Source: Nitrososphaerota archaeon
Lineage (GTDB): Archaea; Thermoproteota; Nitrososphaeria; Nitrososphaerales; Nitrosopumilaceae
Assembly (NCBI GenBank): GCA_022564515.1
Contig: JADFLH010000017.1
Span: 1-29,015, forward strand
Direction of reading: 5' to 3'
Length of the DNA: 29,015 nt
Program-made: the position numbers and the translations under genes
In this document: one piece after another, positions 25,533 to 29,015 of the stretch
Numbering within the stretch: the first letter of the stretch is position 1
How the letters are laid out: every line of letters begins with the position of its first letter
The notes under the pieces: model-generated
Database searches by the model: none
What the model saw: the letters and a program-made list of their open reading frames with translations, nothing else
Told to the model about the DNA's origin: nothing

Positions 25533-25874
25533 TTAGTTTCCATGCGTAATATCTTCTAGACGTTTTATGAAATACTCAGGTTTTTTCTTAAATTGTTCCA
25601 TACAATGTGGGCATCTGCAAAAGTGATAAGTTATTCCATCATGCTCAAGCATTGATGTCCATTCTATTGGTTTTTCTTTAAGGCAAACTGGGCATACAAC
25701 CAAGTCGATGATTTCTTGCAGATACTTCTGAGGGTCAGTTTTGAAAATATCAAGACATCCCTGACAGCAGAATCCGTATTCCTTATCATTGTGATGGTAA
25801 GAGACTGTGCTTTCTTTGGGAAGACGCAGTCTTACAAGAGAGCAACCACAAGTAGGACAGATTTCGGTCATCAT
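25533..25874 (-). CDS. YHS/TRASH-type metal-binding domain protein (two modules)
   Basis: CPTCGC...YGFCCQGCLDIFKTDPQKY and CPVC...YHFCRCPHCMEQFKKKPEYF both fit the YHS/TRASH pattern (Y-x-F-C-x2-3-C...F...P..Y). Confidence 0.75.
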   Translation of the reverse strand: MMTEICPTCGCSLVRLRLPKESTVSYHHNDKEYGFCCQGCLDIFKTDPQKYLQEIIDLVVCPVCLKEKPIEWTSMLEHDGITYHFCRCPHCMEQFKKKPEYFIKRLEDITHGN

Positions 25875-25960
25875 TTCTCATCCTTTTTCATGCTAAAATT
25901 ACTTAATTGCTGATCAAAAAGATCCCTGCCAAATCATAACATCACTATTTTTTAGCCAAT

Positions 25961-25979
25961 AACCGTTCGTATCAAATGT
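25961..25979 (+). repeat. dispersed intergenic 19-mer, copy 11 (18/19)
   Basis: AACCGTTCGTATCAAATGT followed by an A8 run. Lies in the divergent spacer between 25874 and 26128. Confidence 0.8.
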
Positions 25980-26127
25980 AAAAAAAAGGAACCACTGTTA
26001 CTGATATTTTACTTAATTTAATCCAAAAACATCAAAAATCAAAATAATATAATCTTAGATTGCATAATTATGATTAAATGAGTAAGGACGAAGAATTTTA
26101 TTTCCCCACAGAAATTGATGAATTGAA

Positions 26128-26271
26128 ATGACAACAGCATATTGCATGAAATGCAGAGAAAAAAGAGAGATAAAAGATCCAAAGGAAGTTAAGCTGAAAA
26201 ATGGCAGACCTGCAATAAAAGGAACTTGTTCCAAATGTGGCACTAAGGTCTTTAGAATAGGAAAACCATAG
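26128..26271 (+). CDS. DUF5679-like zinc-ribbon mini-protein (47 aa, below the track cutoff)
   Basis: Own translation: MTTAYCMKCREKREIKDPKEVKLKNGRPAIKGTCSKCGTKVFRIGKPStop. The CxxC...CxxC spacing and the KNGRPA.KG.C motif are as in the widespread small DUF5679 family. This supersedes the antisense track ORF 26055-26243. Confidence 0.7.
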   Translation: MTTAYCMKCREKREIKDPKEVKLKNGRPAIKGTCSKCGTKVFRIGKP

Positions 26272-26362
26272 AAATTATCTTAAGGTAAAACCAAAAAACA
26301 CTATTATAATTAAAACACGAAATATTTGATACGGATGCTGACCCAATAGCCTATCATTATTA

Positions 26363-26384
26363 GCTGAGGCGCGGACCGCTCAGC
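26363..26384. other. GC-rich hairpin between convergent genes (possible terminator or RNA 3'-end structure)
   Basis: GCTGAGGCGCGGACCGCTCAGC has a 6-bp perfect stem GCTGAG/CTCAGC, extendable by CG/CG with one bulge. T-rich ttttgtgtttttgttttttc follows ~20 nt later on the + strand. Confidence 0.3.
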
Positions 26385-26522
26385 AGTTGGCTTCCATTAA
26401 CATTTTGTGTTTTTGTTTTTTCTCAAGCTCAAACCAGCCTTTTTCAAAACATAAACTTGTGTTTCCTATTAGTTTGCATAGAAGTGTTGATTAATAGAAA
26501 AAATTCTTGTTAGAAGGATTTT

Positions 26523-27491
26523 TTATTCTACTACCTGAATGAGTTCCTTTAGTTTTCGTCTTGATTTTGGCGGCTTGCGTTTTTCAGGATATCCAATACA
26601 GAGAATTGATGATGGTCTCAAATCTGTACCTAAAATTGACTTAACCTTTTCTTCATCAATCATTCCAATCCAGATCGAGCTCAAACCAATGCCTGACGCT
26701 GCTAACTGAGAGTATGCAGCTGCTAGTGTTGCATCCTGCAAAGAAAATTTATCTAAAATTTCTGGCGAAAAGTCCATCTTTACTCTTAAAGGATCCATAC
26801 AAAACACCAAAACAACTGGTGCGTTTACATATGGTTGGTTATTTGCAGCTTCAACAAGGGCTTCTTTGGTTTTTTTGTTCTTGATGTAAAATACTTTAAA
26901 TCCTTGAAAGTTTCCAGCTGTCGGCGCAGTATCTGCAGCAGCTAAAATCTTGTCAACCATCCAATCCTCTACTTTGGTTTTATCAAATCTTCTTGTTGAG
27001 CGCCTTGTTGAAAAAATTCTGAACAAGTCAGACTCTGATGGTTCTTTCTTTGTTTTTTGTGGACCGGATGATAAAATTGCTTGAAGAAGAGATTGTTGTT
27101 TAGATTTTTTATCAGAAGTTTCTTGTGGCGCATCATCTTTTCTAATTGTAATTGAAGGATAGAATTCTTTTGTACTAATAAAGACATATTGTGGCTGATG
27201 GGGAATCTTTGCATATTCAAGTACCTGTTTTTGAAGTTCAGTCGTTTTAGCTTCAAGATATCTATTGTTTTTTAGATTAAATTGCGTGACATCAGAATTA
27301 ATAAATATAGTACTAACTTGGTCTTCAAGATCAATTTTTCCTGAAGAATTTTCTTTCATAATTTCAACAAGTTGTTCTAGTTCTGCTTTGTTTAGTATAA
27401 CCACATGCTGATCATCTTCATCGATTCCTTTCCAAACTAATCTACATCCATCTTTGGAAGTGTAGGAGGGTTGAATCTTTGAAAATTTCAT
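26523..27491 (-). CDS. nitroreductase family protein with a ~150-aa uncharacterised N-terminal extension
   Basis: The C-terminal ~165 aa reads RRSTRRFDKTKVEDWMVDKILAAADTAPTAGNFQGFKVFYI...IGYPE, a typical nitroreductase fold signature. The N-terminal half plus a Ser/Lys/Gln-rich linker has no recognisable family. Confidence 0.8.
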   Translation of the reverse strand: MKFSKIQPSYTSKDGCRLVWKGIDEDDQHVVILNKAELEQLVEIMKENSSGKIDLEDQVSTIFINSDVTQFNLKNNRYLEAKTTELQKQVLEYAKIPHQPQYVFISTKEFYPSITIRKDDAPQETSDKKSKQQSLLQAILSSGPQKTKKEPSESDLFRIFSTRRSTRRFDKTKVEDWMVDKILAAADTAPTAGNFQGFKVFYIKNKKTKEALVEAANNQPYVNAPVVLVFCMDPLRVKMDFSPEILDKFSLQDATLAAAYSQLAASGIGLSSIWIGMIDEEKVKSILGTDLRPSSILCIGYPEKRKPPKSRRKLKELIQVVE

Positions 27492-27611
27492 TAATTTTGT
27501 TATGATAAAACCTCATAAAAAACATGGTGTGGGTTATTGGACCAAATCATCAGTAACAAAGAATACTGATTTGTATCATAAATTTTGTAATAATATGATT
27601 AAAAGAACAAT

Positions 27612-28106
27612 CTATGATTGCATTTCTTGATTAGACATTGCAATCCCGCAACTTCCTAATCCGCTTTTTTCAATATACTTTTGGTGATACTCTTCTGCTT
27701 TATAGAATGACAGGACTGGAATTATTTCAGTAACAACTTTGTTGTGATACCTGCCAGAATTCTGAAGATTTTCTTTGGATTTTATTGCAAATTTTTCCTG
27801 TTCTTGACTATGGAAAAATATTGCAGACCTATACTGAGTTCCCACATCTGGACCCTGCCTATTCAATGTTGTAGGATCATGAATGTTCCAAAAAATCTCT
27901 AAAAGTTGTTCATAAGATACTAAATCGGGGTCATATTCAATTTGAATTGCTTCTGCATGCCCAGTTTTTCCTGAACAAACATCGTGATACGTAGGATTTT
28001 TGAAATTTCCTCCAGTATAACCGACCATTGTACTTTTAATTCCTTTTACTTTTTGAAATTCTGCTTCCACCCCCCAAAAACAACCCGCTGCAAATGTAAC
28101 TTTCAT
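27612..28106 (-). CDS. msrA: peptide-methionine (S)-S-oxide reductase
   Basis: [11 protein letters not shown] catalytic motif, [12 protein letters not shown] and YHQKY. Confidence 0.93.
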   Translation of the reverse strand: MKVTFAAGCFWGVEAEFQKVKGIKSTMVGYTGGNFKNPTYHDVCSGKTGHAEAIQIEYDPDLVSYEQLLEIFWNIHDPTTLNRQGPDVGTQYRSAIFFHSQEQEKFAIKSKENLQNSGRYHNKVVTEIIPVLSFYKAEEYHQKYIEKSGLGSCGIAMSNQEMQS

Positions 28107-28334
28107 AATAAAACTACTTTAGAGTTATTTAAAAAATTTTACTAAATTTAATCTGAACTAATATATGAAAAAAACTAAATTAATCACGAATTTTTAGCTG
28201 TTAAGTGTTCTTATAATTATGAAATACCGGTTTTACGGTAATTCGATAACCTAAAACTCTAACTGCTATGCCAATCCAAACAAGAACCATAAGATAGCTA
28301 ATGGTCATCACTCATAATTTACTCGAAGAAAACA

Positions 28335-28463
28335 TCAGGGAAGATCAGGGTCTTCTACACAATGTTTGTGAACCCAAGAGCCCTCGTTGTTTTTTGAGAT
28401 TTCTTTTCCAGGTTTGATTAACTGTCCACAAGAAATGCATGCGGATTTGAATTTTGCCTTCAT
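28335..28463 (-). CDS. zinc-ribbon-like mini-protein (42 aa, below the track cutoff)
   Basis: Own translation: MKAKFKSACISCGQLIKPGKEISKNNEGSWVHKHCVEDPDLPStop (CxxC...HxHC). Confidence 0.35.
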   Translation of the reverse strand: MKAKFKSACISCGQLIKPGKEISKNNEGSWVHKHCVEDPDLP

Positions 28464-28667
28464 GAATTCATTATAGATATAATTGATATGAATTCTAGTA
28501 TTGAGTGATTGTTAACTTTTGGTTTACCTAAATTCCTTTGTTTTACATCTTTTTTAAGGCCATATTTATGATTTGAGAAAAATTCGCAATTGTATTGCTT
28601 TTTTTAATTAATCATAATATTTTCTAAAAAAAATGAAAAAAAAATAAAAATTAATTTTTTTGATTAA

Positions 28668-29015
28668 CTACTGAAAGGAACGAGCTTTTCGAATCACTTT
28701 ATTATGGTCCATGCCTGTTGTGGTGGTCACATAAAGTAAGTGGTTTCGACCTGCAGGCATTGTGATTCGTTTTATCTTTTCGTATTCTGCGACAACGTAT
28801 TTGCATCTGCCAAGTTTTCGTGCCAGGGCCTTTCTTCCCTTCCATGCATTTACAGCATTTCTTAAAGATGCCCTACTTTCGCTTGCAGATAAAATATTGC
28901 GAACTCTTTTTGAATGTGCGGTATACACTATTTTGCCGTTCATATCACAAACAGTCACTACTCTAACTGAAGGACTTAGTTTAAGTAGTCTGTCAGTTGC
29001 AGCCTTAATTTCCAT
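28668..29015 (-). CDS. hypothetical protein (the ORF reaches the window edge, so the true start may lie outside)
   Basis: 115-aa ORF whose ATG is the last three bases of the window. Mixed alpha/beta-looking composition. No family recognised with confidence. Confidence 0.5.
   Translation of the reverse strand: MEIKAATDRLLKLSPSVRVVTVCDMNGKIVYTAHSKRVRNILSASESRASLRNAVNAWKGRKALARKLGRCKYVVAEYEKIKRITMPAGRNHLLYVTTTTGMDHNKVIRKARSFQ

Noticed and set aside
438-25981. The 19-mer family interpreted as origin recognition boxes, a dif site, CRISPR repeats or MITE termini.
   Set aside because: Copies are single and spread over the whole 29 kb. They are not clustered around an AT-rich unwinding element or an orc1/cdc6 gene, so they are not ORBs. 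There are many copies, so it is not a dif site. They are not regularly spaced with spacers, so they are not CRISPR repeats. No paired terminal copies enclose a short unit with target-site duplications, so they are not MITE termini.
26055-26243. 62-aa minus-strand track ORF.
   Set aside because: It is antisense to the recognisable DUF5679-like zinc-ribbon gene (26128-26271) and translates to a hydrophobic low-complexity peptide.
23119-26400. Search for a direct repeat of part of tRNA-Tyr (a second att site) bounding the island.
   Set aside because: By eye only 6-nt coincidences were found (for example gctgag at 26363). This is not enough to call an att site and needs a computational search.
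28201-28308. 35-aa hydrophobic minus-strand ORF (MTISYLMVLVWIGIAVRVLGYRITVKPVFHNYKNT) downstream of the 42-aa zinc-ribbon ORF.
   Set aside because: It is a plausible small membrane peptide, but it is too short, and I cannot check conservation from here, so I do not call it.
1-29015. Looked for CRISPR arrays, rRNA genes, intact IS/transposase genes, toxin-antitoxin pairs and recognisable defence-system genes.
   Set aside because: I saw no regularly spaced direct repeats, no rRNA-like conserved blocks, and no transposase, nuclease, helicase or methylase-type ORFs. The only mobile-element trace is the truncated integrase-like fragment.

Overview
AT-rich archaeal chromosomal window. The gene content is TFB, TBP, Gar1, SRP19, ribosomal protein S8e, ScpA/ScpB, a class-III-signal pilin-like protein and an intron-containing tRNA-Tyr with a C1:G72 pair. 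With the base composition, this fits a Nitrosopumilales-type thaumarchaeon (inference only). Most of the window is housekeeping. (i) A tetrapyrrole region at 2.1-9.2 kb holds the sirC-hemA-hemB-orf103 operon, a divergent fused siroheme decarboxylase (AhbA/B-like) and a tightly coupled operon of a chlorite-dismutase-family (HemQ/Cld-like) gene, DUF1802 and an aldo/keto reductase. (ii) An information-processing block at 9.5-13.9 kb holds sufC, tfb, gar1, srp19, rps8e, scpB and scpA. (iii) Further genes are an alcohol dehydrogenase, a response regulator, a pilin-like protein, an Lrp/AsnC regulator, a secreted repeat protein with EF-hand-like loops, tbp, carbamate kinase, a VOC protein, a nitroreductase and msrA. 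The one accessory-looking stretch (23.1-26.4 kb) lies next to tRNA-Tyr. It carries a truncated integrase-like ORF and several cysteine-rich mini-proteins, most below the ORF-track length cutoff. The signal that gene features do not explain is a 19-mer, AACAGTTCGTATCAAATGT, the core of an imperfect palindrome TTAACA-N12-TGTWAA. It occurs 3 times exactly and 8 more times with 1-4 mismatches. Every copy is intergenic and most abut an A/T homopolymer tract, including three copies between convergent 3' ends. I do not recognise it as a described element. I saw no CRISPR array, rRNA or intact mobile element.
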